Assembly (NCBI GenBank): GCA_044347745.1
Contig: JBIKUD010000003.1
Span: forward strand, 17,942 to 81,941
Direction of reading: 5' to 3'
Source of the DNA: Bdellovibrionota bacterium
GTDB lineage: Bacteria > Bdellovibrionota_C > UBA2361 > JAFLCA01
DNA length: 64,000 nt
Shown here: positions 10,097 through 19,160 of the stretch, piece by piece
How the letters are laid out: every line of letters starts with the position of its first letter
Numbering within the stretch: position 1 is the first letter of the stretch
Translations under genes and position numbers: made by a program
The notes under the pieces: model-generated
Databases searched by the model: none
What the model was told of the DNA's origin: nothing
Seen by the model: the letters and a program-made list of their open reading frames with translations, nothing else

Positions 10097-12172
10097 GTGT
10101 TCAAAAGCCAGCGCCCATGCCCAGAGTGCCGAATTAATATGAGTATCTCAGAAGACGCCCGCCGAATGCTTGAAGAAGAGCAGCAGATCCTCGATGAGGT
10201 CCTTAAGTCCCTCGGTGGTCAAATATCTAAAGGTAATGATCGCCTTCAAATAGAAAGCGCCCGCGCCAGAGAGCTGACCTCAGAGATAGTGGCTACGAGA
10301 AGGGCTGAGGAGAAGGCGATGCTTGCCTCCGACGAGGCAGTTTCTCATGGGCTGCGAGAACAAAAGCAAGAAGAGTTAAAGTCTTTGCAAAAAATTATTG
10401 ATAAGCCCTATTTTGCAAGATTTATAGTTGAAGAAGAGATACACGGGAAACCTAAACAATTTGACTATAAAATTGGATTTGCTGCCAACACAGACTGCCG
10501 CATTATTGATTGGCGTAAGGCTCCCATATCAAAATTGTATTACGAGTACCGCGAAAATGATGAGTATTCAGAGGAAATTCAGGGGAAAGAGCGAACGGGT
10601 AAAGTAGTATTAAGAAATTCAATTGATATTGAAAAATCTGTGCTTAAACGGGTCACCTGTCGGTACGGCACTTTTATGCAAGTGTCTGGGGAGTGGACTG
10701 GAAATTCGCATAATGGTCATAAAGGCGCCAAGGGTGGCAAAGCGTTGCCACACATACTTTCTCTTATCACTCCAGAACAATTTCAGTTGATAACTGAAGA
10801 GGCTCAAAGCGCAATTTTAATTCAAGGTATTGCAGGATCAGGCAAAACCACAGTTGCCCTGCATCGCCTCGCGTGGCTTTTGCATCAGGACAATTCCCCC
10901 CTGAAACCAGTGGAAAGTGTGGTGGTCGTATTTAGCGCTGCGCTTAAGCGATATATTGGCGGAACACTACCGTCTATCGGTATCGAGGGAGTCGATGTGC
11001 TTACCTTTGCTGAATGGACTGCACGCTCAATTGCCACCCATTGCCCGCATGTGCTGAACGAAAACCGGCAACTGAGGCGACCACTGCAGAGGCCGTCATC
11101 AAGCATCGAAAGGGTTAAAAGATCATTGGCCGTGCTTAGGGTGTTGGAGGAAATTGCGCTTAGCAAAAGCACCCAGTCTCCAGAAGAACTTGTCCTACAG
11201 GCATTATCACAGCCTCGGCGAATTCTTGAATTAGATGAAAGTCGATTGCTTACCTCAGAGCTTTTGAAAGCTGCATACGAGCGAGCGCTTGAGAATAGAC
11301 AGCAATTAAGCGTCGATTTTTGTGATGATGCGCTTTTACTACGTGCGGTGCAGCTTTTGAGCGGCGGTGTGACTCTGAAAGATGGTCATTGTGGGCGTTA
11401 CGGCCATATTGTGGCGGATGAAGTGCAAGACATGAGTCCTGCCGAACTCGCCAGCGTTATAGGTGCAGTAGAAAAACCAAGTTCACTCACGTTGGTGGGA
11501 GACACTGCGCAAAAGGTGGAAACATCCTCAAGTTTTCCTGGTTGGGAAAAACTAAGAGCAAGCTGTAGCCTTAAAGACTCAATGTCCACGTATGTGTCTT
11601 TAGACGTAAGTCATCGGTCGACTTTGCCGATTATGCGACTTGCTGACTATGTGCAGAATCGCAGTCTAGTTACTAAAGGACGCGAGGGCAGGGTGCCCAT
11701 CTGGTTTTCCTGTGATGATGAAGCTCAAGGAATTCGTTGCATCATTGACTGGCTTTCAAAAGCTATTGAACGTTTCCCAGATGCACTAACCGCAGTTATT
11801 TGTGCTTCTCGCGAGGATGCCAGAGTCGCATACGGATATTTAAATCCAAGCTTTGGTGCGGCCGTCCGCCGAGGCGATGAAAATGACTTTTCGTTTGAAG
11901 AAGGAATAATTGTGACCGACGCTGCCCAAGCGAAAGGACTAGAGTTTACGAATGTGCTGATTTGGAATCCAAGTCGAAAAAGTTATGCGAAAGATGAGCG
12001 CGGGCGAAATTTATTGTACATCGCAATTACCAGAGCTGAAGAGAATCTGTGCCTTGTTAGCTGGGACCCAGTTTCTCCGTTACTACCCAGTTTTGGATCG
12101 AAGCTTTTTCGTTGTTACGACATGAGTGCTCCAAAAGAGGAGCCAGCGTCGCTTGAAGTTAGCTCTGACTAG
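10097..12172 (+). CDS. helD: HelD-like UvrD/Rep superfamily-1 helicase
   Basis: 691 aa. An N-terminal coiled coil is followed by KPYFARF...IIDWRKAPISKLYY, as in HelD-type proteins. Walker A is IQGIAGSGKTTVALHR and motif II is ADEVQDMSP, with a C-terminal GLEFTNVLIW...LLYIAITRAEE. An alternative ATG start is at 10139. Confidence 0.75.
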   Translation: MFKSQRPCPECRINMSISEDARRMLEEEQQILDEVLKSLGGQISKGNDRLQIESARARELTSEIVATRRAEEKAMLASDEAVSHGLREQKQEELKSLQKIIDKPYFARFIVEEEIHGKPKQFDYKIGFAANTDCRIIDWRKAPISKLYYEYRENDEYSEEIQGKERTGKVVLRNSIDIEKSVLKRVTCRYGTFMQVSGEWTGNSHNGHKGAKGGKALPHILSLITPEQFQLITEEAQSAILIQGIAGSGKTTVALHRLAWLLHQDNSPLKPVESVVVVFSAALKRYIGGTLPSIGIEGVDVLTFAEWTARSIATHCPHVLNENRQLRRPLQRPSSSIERVKRSLAVLRVLEEIALSKSTQSPEELVLQALSQPRRILELDESRLLTSELLKAAYERALENRQQLSVDFCDDALLLRAVQLLSGGVTLKDGHCGRYGHIVADEVQDMSPAELASVIGAVEKPSSLTLVGDTAQKVETSSSFPGWEKLRASCSLKDSMSTYVSLDVSHRSTLPIMRLADYVQNRSLVTKGREGRVPIWFSCDDEAQGIRCIIDWLSKAIERFPDALTAVICASREDARVAYGYLNPSFGAAVRRGDENDFSFEEGIIVTDAAQAKGLEFTNVLIWNPSRKSYAKDERGRNLLYIAITRAEENLCLVSWDPVSPLLPSFGSKLFRCYDMSAPKEEPASLEVSSD

Positions 12173-12173
12173 G

Positions 12174-14276
12174 TTAAGAGCAGGCCGGCCCACTATCTAT
12201 TGCTGTTTCAGCCGGAGTATAGGGAGAAGAACTAAGAGAGTTGCACCAACCAGGATGGCATTTATTTTGAGTGCCATTTGCGCACAAGTTTGGATAGTTA
12301 CTTAAGGTGCCCCAACTCTCCATAGCACCTAATGAACTATGCGCTCCTGATACATACCCTTCAGTGTACAAACGATCGAGAAGATCAAATAAGGCTGTGT
12401 TTGAAAATGCGCTTTCGAGACCTAATAATCTGAGAGCTAAAAATTCACCGAGCCAAGCGCTGGGGCCACAGCAGAAAAAATAATTGTTATAGGTGTTACG
12501 ATCCCAATTTCCGGTCGGCCAATTGCTGCAGGGAAAGTTTGAATTATATCTCGGGAAATTATTTATTCCCAAATAGAGCGGATTGGACGGTGCATCATAA
12601 ACAGGGCCACAGGTTTTTCTGAAATAATTCTTGTTATTCCCATTCAGCACCACGTTGCGCATTGCGGGCACTTGTAGAGCTGCGCCAGCATACACAATGG
12701 CTGAAACTAAACCATATCCCGCATGCCCGTTGGCTCCTACAAAACCTACCCATCCGGGCACATATACTTTTCCGGCTTCCAACGCATAAAAAGCATCTAT
12801 TCCTATTTGAGAGATATGTTTCGCAAGTTCAATTTTTTGCGTGAAATTAATATTATTACTTACAAGCAACATCATGGCTTCGCCAAGATCCATACTTACG
12901 GCTGTGCCATAAGAGCGCATGTTTTGATTGGGAGCGATGCGAGTATAGCCCTCGGCGGCTGCATCAACTAACCAGGTTTTTTCGATGCCTCTCAGAACTC
13001 CTGTGTATGAACCCAAAAGCGGTGACGTTGGCAGGTTTACTGATATATAGGACGGGTCTGCATTTCGTAAGAAAAAGCGCGGCTTGGCTGAGCCAGGGGG
13101 CACCATGCGCGGGTAGGGAGGCCGAAGTTCATCGACATATGGCAGCTCATCGGCGGAAGGCACTATGGTAAGTACAAATGCGGTTTTTACCCCAGACCAG
13201 TTACAGGCGCCGCGAAAATCCAGGTAGCCAGACACTGTAGTTCCCAGCGGCGTACATTCGCGCGTATCGGCAACACTTTTGGTGAGTACCAGCGACTGAG
13301 TAACTTGACTATTAAAAAGTCGTGGATACGCGACCCCCAATCCCGGCTGGCCGCCGGCGCGGCTGGTGACGCTCTGAATTTGCTCCGGTATGGGATCGAT
13401 TAAACTTAAATTCCGTCTTCTATCGTAATAACAAGCAGAGCTTACGGGCCCACATTTGGCATCCCACTGAGTTCTGTCAAATTCAGTACAATGAGCAGTC
13501 CAAAAGGTTTCGTCCTGTATACAGCCATACGGAAAACCATTTGCTGGGGTGAGGCGGCCAGACTGCCCCATTATAGATTGATCTATTGGAGCGGGGCTAA
13601 CCGAGCTAATTATAAAGGGCTGAAGCGCTGCTGGCTCTCCGTTGGCGTAATAAGCAATGGTGACTGGCCTATCAAAATTTAGGGTAATTTCCTCGTGAGT
13701 GAGAGAGGTCACAACAGTAGTCGGCGCACGTCCAATGCCCACGGGAACTCCGGTTGCGGTTGGAGGCGGAGTGGGAAAAGGAGTTCCGCCAGAAAGCCCG
13801 CCATCGGGTGTTGCAGTTGGCGGCGGGGTAGCGTCAAGATCTGTAGTGGGAGTCGGGGTTGGCGTGATTTCGTCAGGCCCTGCCCAGGTCAGACATTCGT
13901 TACACTTTGCGAGCTTTGATTCGAGAAACTGAATTTCTCTGCGTTTACTCGGAGTGGGAGCTCTATTTTGAGATTTGCGTTTAGATTGAAGTGATCGCTG
14001 AATTTCTAGGCGTCGTATAGCAGCGAGAGAAAATTTTTTGTCCCGCAGATCACCTTTACGCACTTTTCCAAAGAGGCCCTTTTGCTTTAATTCATCGTAA
14101 TAACAAACAAGTTGGTAGTTGCCCAAAAACGGGCGAAGTTTAGACGACAGGGTATATACTTTAGGGTTGCCCGGTGTCGCATTCCGTTCTTTAGCAACGG
14201 CGACGTTGGCGCCTAGAAGCAGGCACGCAGCAGCGATCATTAGTTTAAAATTTGGGACCCAAGACTTTAATTCCAC
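12174..14276 (-). CDS. large secreted hypothetical protein with Pro/Thr-rich linker
   Basis: 700 aa. It has a signal peptide (AAACLLLGANVAVA|K), a basic helical segment, and a PT-rich linker (residues ~137-180, nt 13737-13868). The ~520-aa C-terminal domain is Cys-containing and of no recognised family. Confidence 0.5.
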   Translation of the reverse strand: MELKSWVPNFKLMIAAACLLLGANVAVAKERNATPGNPKVYTLSSKLRPFLGNYQLVCYYDELKQKGLFGKVRKGDLRDKKFSLAAIRRLEIQRSLQSKRKSQNRAPTPSKRREIQFLESKLAKCNECLTWAGPDEITPTPTPTTDLDATPPPTATPDGGLSGGTPFPTPPPTATGVPVGIGRAPTTVVTSLTHEEITLNFDRPVTIAYYANGEPAALQPFIISSVSPAPIDQSIMGQSGRLTPANGFPYGCIQDETFWTAHCTEFDRTQWDAKCGPVSSACYYDRRRNLSLIDPIPEQIQSVTSRAGGQPGLGVAYPRLFNSQVTQSLVLTKSVADTRECTPLGTTVSGYLDFRGACNWSGVKTAFVLTIVPSADELPYVDELRPPYPRMVPPGSAKPRFFLRNADPSYISVNLPTSPLLGSYTGVLRGIEKTWLVDAAAEGYTRIAPNQNMRSYGTAVSMDLGEAMMLLVSNNINFTQKIELAKHISQIGIDAFYALEAGKVYVPGWVGFVGANGHAGYGLVSAIVYAGAALQVPAMRNVVLNGNNKNYFRKTCGPVYDAPSNPLYLGINNFPRYNSNFPCSNWPTGNWDRNTYNNYFFCCGPSAWLGEFLALRLLGLESAFSNTALFDLLDRLYTEGYVSGAHSSLGAMESWGTLSNYPNLCANGTQNKCHPGWCNSLSSSPYTPAETAIDSGPACS

Positions 14277-14426
14277 CTAACCCTACCTTAAGACGGAGAG
14301 CGCACACATTTGACGCGCGGGCGATTAGCCACTGTATAAATGTGTACTGCAAATAGGATGTCTAATCCATTCAGCTTACTTCGCTCAAATGGTATCTGAA
14401 TAATATTAGATGCTTAACTCACTATT

Positions 14427-15365
14427 TCATCTGGTTGCAAGTAGGTACAGGTCTTGTCCTATTGTTCTTTCTTTGGGGTTCGCGGGCATCAAAATGATGC
14501 ATTTTTGCGGAGCATAAACCGGCCCGATTTCATCCTGCCCAATAAGCTCTCCGGGCTCAAGGGGGTCAAAACTTTGAAATGATTTTGCATATTCAAAATT
14601 TTTACTACGCACACTGAATACGGATTTAATTCGATATACGGTTAACTTTGAGGGGGAGATAGATAAAGAGGTTCCCTCACACATTCCGAGCACATTTAAA
14701 AAAGTGTGAATGGCAGAGTACGCGTAGTCAGCGCCGCCCGGCCAATCTCGTTGCCCGCATTCAAGCGTAATACCTATTCCGCCTTTTGAATTACAATAGG
14801 TTTCAGTGTCTCCTGTTATGCTGGCTGCACCAAGTGCGCCCCAGCCAACTACTAAAGGTGAAAACCCCAAAGTTTTTGCGAAATCAAAAGCAGACTCTTC
14901 GCACATTGCGAATGGAATAGTGGGGGCAGTGGTGCTGTGAAGATCTAGTAAATAGTCGGTGTCGGCATATAAGGGGCGCAGTTCAGCGGCTCGGGTGAGT
15001 TCGACGGAAAGCGAAGACGGCGCGACTGAATCTATAAAAAGTCGATTCAAGTTATGGTCTATATGCTGTTTTCCTTCGATGAAAGCACGGATATTAGCGA
15101 ATACTAGCGTTAAAGTGCCCCGATGAAGATGTCCTGTTCCATTTGCGAAGTGCTGCAGGAGATTTTTTAACGCATAGAATCCGCAGGGTTCGTTGCCATG
15201 CACAATGCCGCTTACGAGCAGACGAGGTCCAGGATGGCTACCCTCAATTTTGTAAGCTGCTGGGCAGTTTGCAATAGAAGCCGCCCCGGCCGAAACGGCC
15301 AATTTATTCAGAGAATCGAGTAGGTTCGCGTAAGAACCACTATCGAATTGACTATTGCTTTGCAT
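14427..15365 (-). CDS. succinylglutamate desuccinylase/aspartoacylase (AstE/AspA) family zinc deacylase
   Basis: 312 aa with GIVHGNEPCG (HxxE zinc motif), LLDLHSTT (second His) and ITLECG, as in the AstE_AspA / M14-like deacylase fold. Confidence 0.7.
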   Translation of the reverse strand: MQSNSQFDSGSYANLLDSLNKLAVSAGAASIANCPAAYKIEGSHPGPRLLVSGIVHGNEPCGFYALKNLLQHFANGTGHLHRGTLTLVFANIRAFIEGKQHIDHNLNRLFIDSVAPSSLSVELTRAAELRPLYADTDYLLDLHSTTAPTIPFAMCEESAFDFAKTLGFSPLVVGWGALGAASITGDTETYCNSKGGIGITLECGQRDWPGGADYAYSAIHTFLNVLGMCEGTSLSISPSKLTVYRIKSVFSVRSKNFEYAKSFQSFDPLEPGELIGQDEIGPVYAPQKCIILMPANPKERTIGQDLYLLATR

Positions 15366-15374
15366 AGCTTGCTT

Positions 15375-16943
15375 TTAGTTAACTAGTAGCATGCATCTCT
15401 GGCTAAGGTTAGCCAAAATTTCTCGGCAATGCTTAATGCCCTGATTAGAGGCAATAACGAGTCTTAAGTTTTGCCCCGGGTGTAGCACTTCAAGAGTTCC
15501 GTCGGCGTTTTTTCGCTGTATTGAATCTAAAAATGTTGGAATTACGCAGCCAAAATCGGGGTCTCTTTGCTCGTGAAGGGCCAATCCGTTGTTGTCGGTA
15601 AGAAGAGGAGCCACTTCGTCAAATGATGACATGGAGACCGGAAGTTTTAGTTTTGCGTTAATCCAATGAATTGCTCCAATCTTTTCTGCTACAATGTGGG
15701 CGTATGACGAGTTTATTGGTCTTCCGTTCGCTTCAATTACTATAGGCTCCTCTTCGCCCTTGCTGTTTCGAACGACGAGATAGTCTACCCCAAAAATTCC
15801 CGCATACCCGAGCTCGTGGTGGTAGAAGTTTGCAACAGACTTAAGCATGGCGTCTACTTTTTCTTTAAGTACCGCTTCGTGTGCTAATGACTCGTTACCA
15901 AGATAGGCCCCATCTTTAGTAATTTGCCTTGTGTAGGTTACTATAGTGCTTTGGCCATCCTTATTGAGAATAACCATAGCAGCGCAGTTATCGACTACTT
16001 CTCCTAAGACACTCGCATCGGCTTCTATAATAATGCTCGTGCCACTGGGCGTGAAGGAGTCTTTTGCCCAGAAATTCTCGTGTGCTTCCATATCGTACTG
16101 GTTAGACGCAAAAGCTTTGTCTACCTCGCCCCTTAATTTCTGAATTGCATTTCGTGCCTTCTCCTCGGTGAATGGGGCATCTACTGGAATTACTGTATCG
16201 CCTCCAGCTCCATGCGACAGTTTAAACCATAAGCGCGGTGCATGCCCAAAGGCTTCAAGTGCAGCAGTAACCGACTCCGGAGAATTTACTTTTATTCCAG
16301 GACTCATCCTAAATCCGTAAGCAGGAGCCATCTCACGCAAAAGCGCTTTGTTGTTGGTGGCCTGTGGATCGGAATCCTGGATAGGGTCTGCCCCCGCCGC
16401 GCGGGCTTGCTGACGAGCCAGATTAGAAGGGAAGGTAAATACGATTTTAGCGTTCTTTAGTTCATTGGGTAGTTCAAGCCCCTGAGCATCAAGCGCTGCC
16501 AGAGGATCTAGGTGCGGAAAACCGATTCCGCCAGGGAGTGGATTTACTTCTAATATTTGCTGTTCAGTTTCAAGTAGTCCGCGTCTAACATAATAGTTGG
16601 CAAAGCCTTCTGGCAAAGGCAAGGAAAGGGCAAATTCGCCCGAACGTAAGGTGGCAGCGCTGTAGGTAGTTAACGCCGCAACCTGGGTAGGCTCTGGCAC
16701 AATGTCAAAGGCGGTAAGCATTTCATTTTGAACAGCGGCGCCGCAATTGTTATTCACGTAGATAGAGGGCCCCTCTGCTTCAGCACCATGAGCAAGCAAG
16801 GTGCTCCCGGCGAGACTTAGCTTATTCTCTGTCGCTGGCCCGAGGCGTAAGGCGTTTAATTCTTGCGCGCCAGTACCATGAATGTTTGCAATTTGGGTTA
16901 GTTCCACCTGAGGAATATGGGACTTATTCGGCGTTGTTTCCAT
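15375..16943 (-). CDS. ATP-grasp-type ligase with long N-terminal pre-ATP-grasp region
   Basis: 522 aa. C-terminal GIFGVDYLVV...PIVIEANGRP matches the Mg/ATP-binding E-x-N core of ATP-grasp enzymes. It lies 9 nt upstream of the deacylase on the same strand. Substrate unknown. Confidence 0.55.
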   Translation of the reverse strand: METTPNKSHIPQVELTQIANIHGTGAQELNALRLGPATENKLSLAGSTLLAHGAEAEGPSIYVNNNCGAAVQNEMLTAFDIVPEPTQVAALTTYSAATLRSGEFALSLPLPEGFANYYVRRGLLETEQQILEVNPLPGGIGFPHLDPLAALDAQGLELPNELKNAKIVFTFPSNLARQQARAAGADPIQDSDPQATNNKALLREMAPAYGFRMSPGIKVNSPESVTAALEAFGHAPRLWFKLSHGAGGDTVIPVDAPFTEEKARNAIQKLRGEVDKAFASNQYDMEAHENFWAKDSFTPSGTSIIIEADASVLGEVVDNCAAMVILNKDGQSTIVTYTRQITKDGAYLGNESLAHEAVLKEKVDAMLKSVANFYHHELGYAGIFGVDYLVVRNSKGEEEPIVIEANGRPINSSYAHIVAEKIGAIHWINAKLKLPVSMSSFDEVAPLLTDNNGLALHEQRDPDFGCVIPTFLDSIQRKNADGTLEVLHPGQNLRLVIASNQGIKHCREILANLSQRCMLLVN

Positions 16944-16989
16944 ATAGGTGAGACTAGTGCTTCAAGCAGAGCAAAAAAAGTGAGGCATT

Positions 16990-17018
16990 TTGCATCTTGT
17001 CTAGAGTTGGTCTATGAT
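16990..17018 (+). promoter_or_regulatory. candidate sigma70-type promoter for the HTH-ACT gene
   Basis: TTGCAT (16990-16995), a 17-nt spacer, then TATGAT (17013-17018), about 55 nt upstream of the ATG at 17075. Confidence 0.3.
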
Positions 17019-17029
17019 TAGGCTAAGAT

Positions 17030-17043
17030 GTCTAAAATTAGAC
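17030..17043. promoter_or_regulatory. small palindrome (GTCTAA-AA-TTAGAC), candidate operator
   Basis: Perfect 6-bp arms with a 2-nt spacer, just downstream of the putative -10 in the divergent region between the ATP-grasp operon and the HTH-ACT gene. Confidence 0.25.
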
Positions 17044-17074
17044 TATTTTCGAGGCCAACACAGAGAGCAGCTTC

Positions 17075-17710
17075 ATGGCGACAGAAAGTATTACCAGACG
17101 TGCTCAGTCTTATATTTTTAAAAGACCAAGCTTGCGCGAATGTTTGGCTCGCGGGCTGATTAATCATTCGGCGCTTGCGAGGCAACTCTGCGAGGAGCTC
17201 AAAATTGAACAGTTTGATGGAGTGCTCGCGGCTATAAAACGTTTTGGGAATCGGCTTAGCCTGGGCGCTCAGGATCAGAATGTGATGAAATTACTGCGCG
17301 ATGTGCAAATTCGCGTTTCGAATCGCCTTGCCATTGCGGTGGCTTCGGCGCCTCCTAATTTTGAAAAACTATTTTTGTTGCAGCGACGCATTCGTAAAGA
17401 GCGAAGGCGATTTAATATGATTGATGGGGATGATTTTATTACCCTCCTTTTTTCTCAGCAGTACATGGCCGAGGTGGAGGAGTGTGTTGGCAGCTCTCTT
17501 AAGTCTATGGTGAGCAACCTCGCTCAAATAAATTTGGTGTTTGACGCTAGGATTGAAACGACACCCGGAGTAGTTGCTCAGGTGTATGGAATGCTGGCCT
17601 ATCACGGAATTAACGTGCGAGAGGAGATGAGTTGCTGGACAGATGTAATTTTGGTGGTGGATGAGCGGGATTTGGCGCGCACTCTTGCGGTTTTTGAGAG
17701 TATCTCCTGA
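17075..17710 (+). CDS. HTH plus ACT-domain regulator (predicted amino-acid-responsive)
   Basis: 211 aa. The N-terminal HTH-like segment is LRECLARGLINHSALARQLCEEL. The C-terminal ACT-like fold is TTPGVVAQVYGMLAYHGINVREEMSCWTDVILVVDERDLARTLAVFE, as in aspartate kinase regulatory domains. Confidence 0.5.
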   Translation: MATESITRRAQSYIFKRPSLRECLARGLINHSALARQLCEELKIEQFDGVLAAIKRFGNRLSLGAQDQNVMKLLRDVQIRVSNRLAIAVASAPPNFEKLFLLQRRIRKERRRFNMIDGDDFITLLFSQQYMAEVEECVGSSLKSMVSNLAQINLVFDARIETTPGVVAQVYGMLAYHGINVREEMSCWTDVILVVDERDLARTLAVFESIS

Positions 17711-17882
17711 TGACGTCTCTAGAACTTTGTTTTGTGTATCGCGCATATTCTCACTTCATTTCGTTTTACCCCTCGCCGCTTGTCCTTTGGATATGCTAAA
17801 CCCTTAACAGAAAGGCCGTGGTGTGTAGGTCTTTCCCCTTGGCAGTTATCTGCTAAAACTTGAAATCTTCTGGAGTCGGCTT

Positions 17883-18521
17883 ATGAAGTCCCTTTTTCGG
17901 TGCGTGGGTGTGCTTGCTTTTTTAGCGACGCCCGCATTCGCTGCTGAGCTTGTAGTAAATAATTGTGATGGGAGTCCGCTTTCGGTATCTAAGTTGAATG
18001 ATACTGCTGCAGGCAGTTTTGAGGTTTTTGTGGATGCCGCTCAGCCAGGAACAGAGCAATACGTGGCTCTCTTGCGCGATTCAAGAATGGATGCTCCTCA
18101 AAAAACCGCTTCAGTTCGTGCATCAAAAGCCGAGTTTTCCTCCATCCCGGCAGGCCAGTATCGGGCTTGTTTCCAAGGTGAGCGCCTCGTTTCTCGGGTG
18201 GTATTTGTTGAGAACGTTAAGCCGTCACAGTACACAGGGACTTTGCTCGGTCTAAGCGCCCTTGGCGCCGGTGGTATTGTTGCTGCTCGGCAAGATAGTG
18301 GAGGTGGGGCGGCTGAGAATACACTCCTTGCAGCAGAATCCTCGGAATCTAATGAGGTGTCCGGTCCTGCCGCTGGATCCCCTGTTGAGCAGACGCCTAC
18401 CACCGTTGTTTCATCAGGATGTTCTAAGTCAAAGCGCAAAGCGAGCTCATCGATTGGCACTTTGGACGCTGATGACTGTGGTGCGGGGCTAACGCCAGAT
18501 CCGCTTTCTCCGTATAATTGA
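17883..18521 (+). CDS. hypothetical secreted/membrane-anchored protein
   Basis: 212 aa. It has a signal peptide (VLAFLATPAFA|AE), a ~100-aa beta-rich domain, one hydrophobic helix (LLGLSALGAGGIVAA) and a Ser/Gly-rich tail. Confidence 0.45.
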   Translation: MKSLFRCVGVLAFLATPAFAAELVVNNCDGSPLSVSKLNDTAAGSFEVFVDAAQPGTEQYVALLRDSRMDAPQKTASVRASKAEFSSIPAGQYRACFQGERLVSRVVFVENVKPSQYTGTLLGLSALGAGGIVAARQDSGGGAAENTLLAAESSESNEVSGPAAGSPVEQTPTTVVSSGCSKSKRKASSSIGTLDADDCGAGLTPDPLSPYN

Positions 18522-18607
18522 TTAGGTAAGATTTAGTCGCCGGTTGGTGTTTAATCCAAGGCATCATCGTAAAGTTCAAGAATAGAATGTGAATAAGGTT
18601 GGAAGGT

Positions 18608-19090
18608 ATGAGTCAATTTAAGAGAATTACCAGCGCTTTTGCTTTTGTACTTCTAAGCTCGTTTGTCATGTCTGCGAATGTCGCAACAGCCGCAGGGCCA
18701 ACTACAGCCGACCTCGAGTTTACCTATAATATTGACAGTGGGCTAATTCGCGTGCTGCATACCTTTGATAGGGCACCTGCAAAAGTGTGCCGGGTGACAT
18801 TTCGAGGATTAATTAGCTATGAGGGATTAAACACCGAAGCTGCGCTGCGCTCTGTAAAAACTCGCAAGGTAAGTTCAGGAAGAACCCTTAGGCTTCGCGC
18901 ATATAACCTTCCCGGCGTACGCCTTGATTCGGAGGGGCGCGCTCCAATATTAACGATGCAGGCCAGAGCTAAATGCGGCAACAGGACGATTGTGTCGAAC
19001 GCTTTTGCGCGTTACGTCAAATGCGGCAAGGGGTCCTTGGGAGTTGGTCCAACGAAATTTCTTAAGCTTGTAGCGAACAGTATTAATTAA
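18608..19090 (+). CDS. hypothetical small secreted protein
   Basis: ATG at 18608 (the longest ORF starts at TTG 18599). Signal peptide AFVLLSSFVMSANVATA|AG. No family recognised. Confidence 0.45.
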   Translation: MSQFKRITSAFAFVLLSSFVMSANVATAAGPTTADLEFTYNIDSGLIRVLHTFDRAPAKVCRVTFRGLISYEGLNTEAALRSVKTRKVSSGRTLRLRAYNLPGVRLDSEGRAPILTMQARAKCGNRTIVSNAFARYVKCGKGSLGVGPTKFLKLVANSIN

Positions 19091-19117
19091 GAATTGATAC
19101 CGTTAATCAATCTGGAG

Positions 19118-19160
19118 AGGGGCTTTTGTTCAGAGGTTTTGAACGAAAGCCCCTTTGATT
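19118..19160 (+). terminator. rho-independent-type terminator hairpin
   Basis: AGGGGCTTT(T)GTTCA-gaggttt-TGAAC(G)AAAGCCCCT followed by TTGATT, 28 nt after the stop of the 18608-19090 gene. Confidence 0.55.

Noticed and set aside
13737-13868. Apparent tandem repetitive DNA (ACC/CCA/CCG-rich).
   Set aside because: It is the coding sequence of a Pro/Thr-rich interdomain linker (ITPTPTPTT...PPPTATP...TPPPTAT) and is in frame. It is not an independent DNA repeat element.
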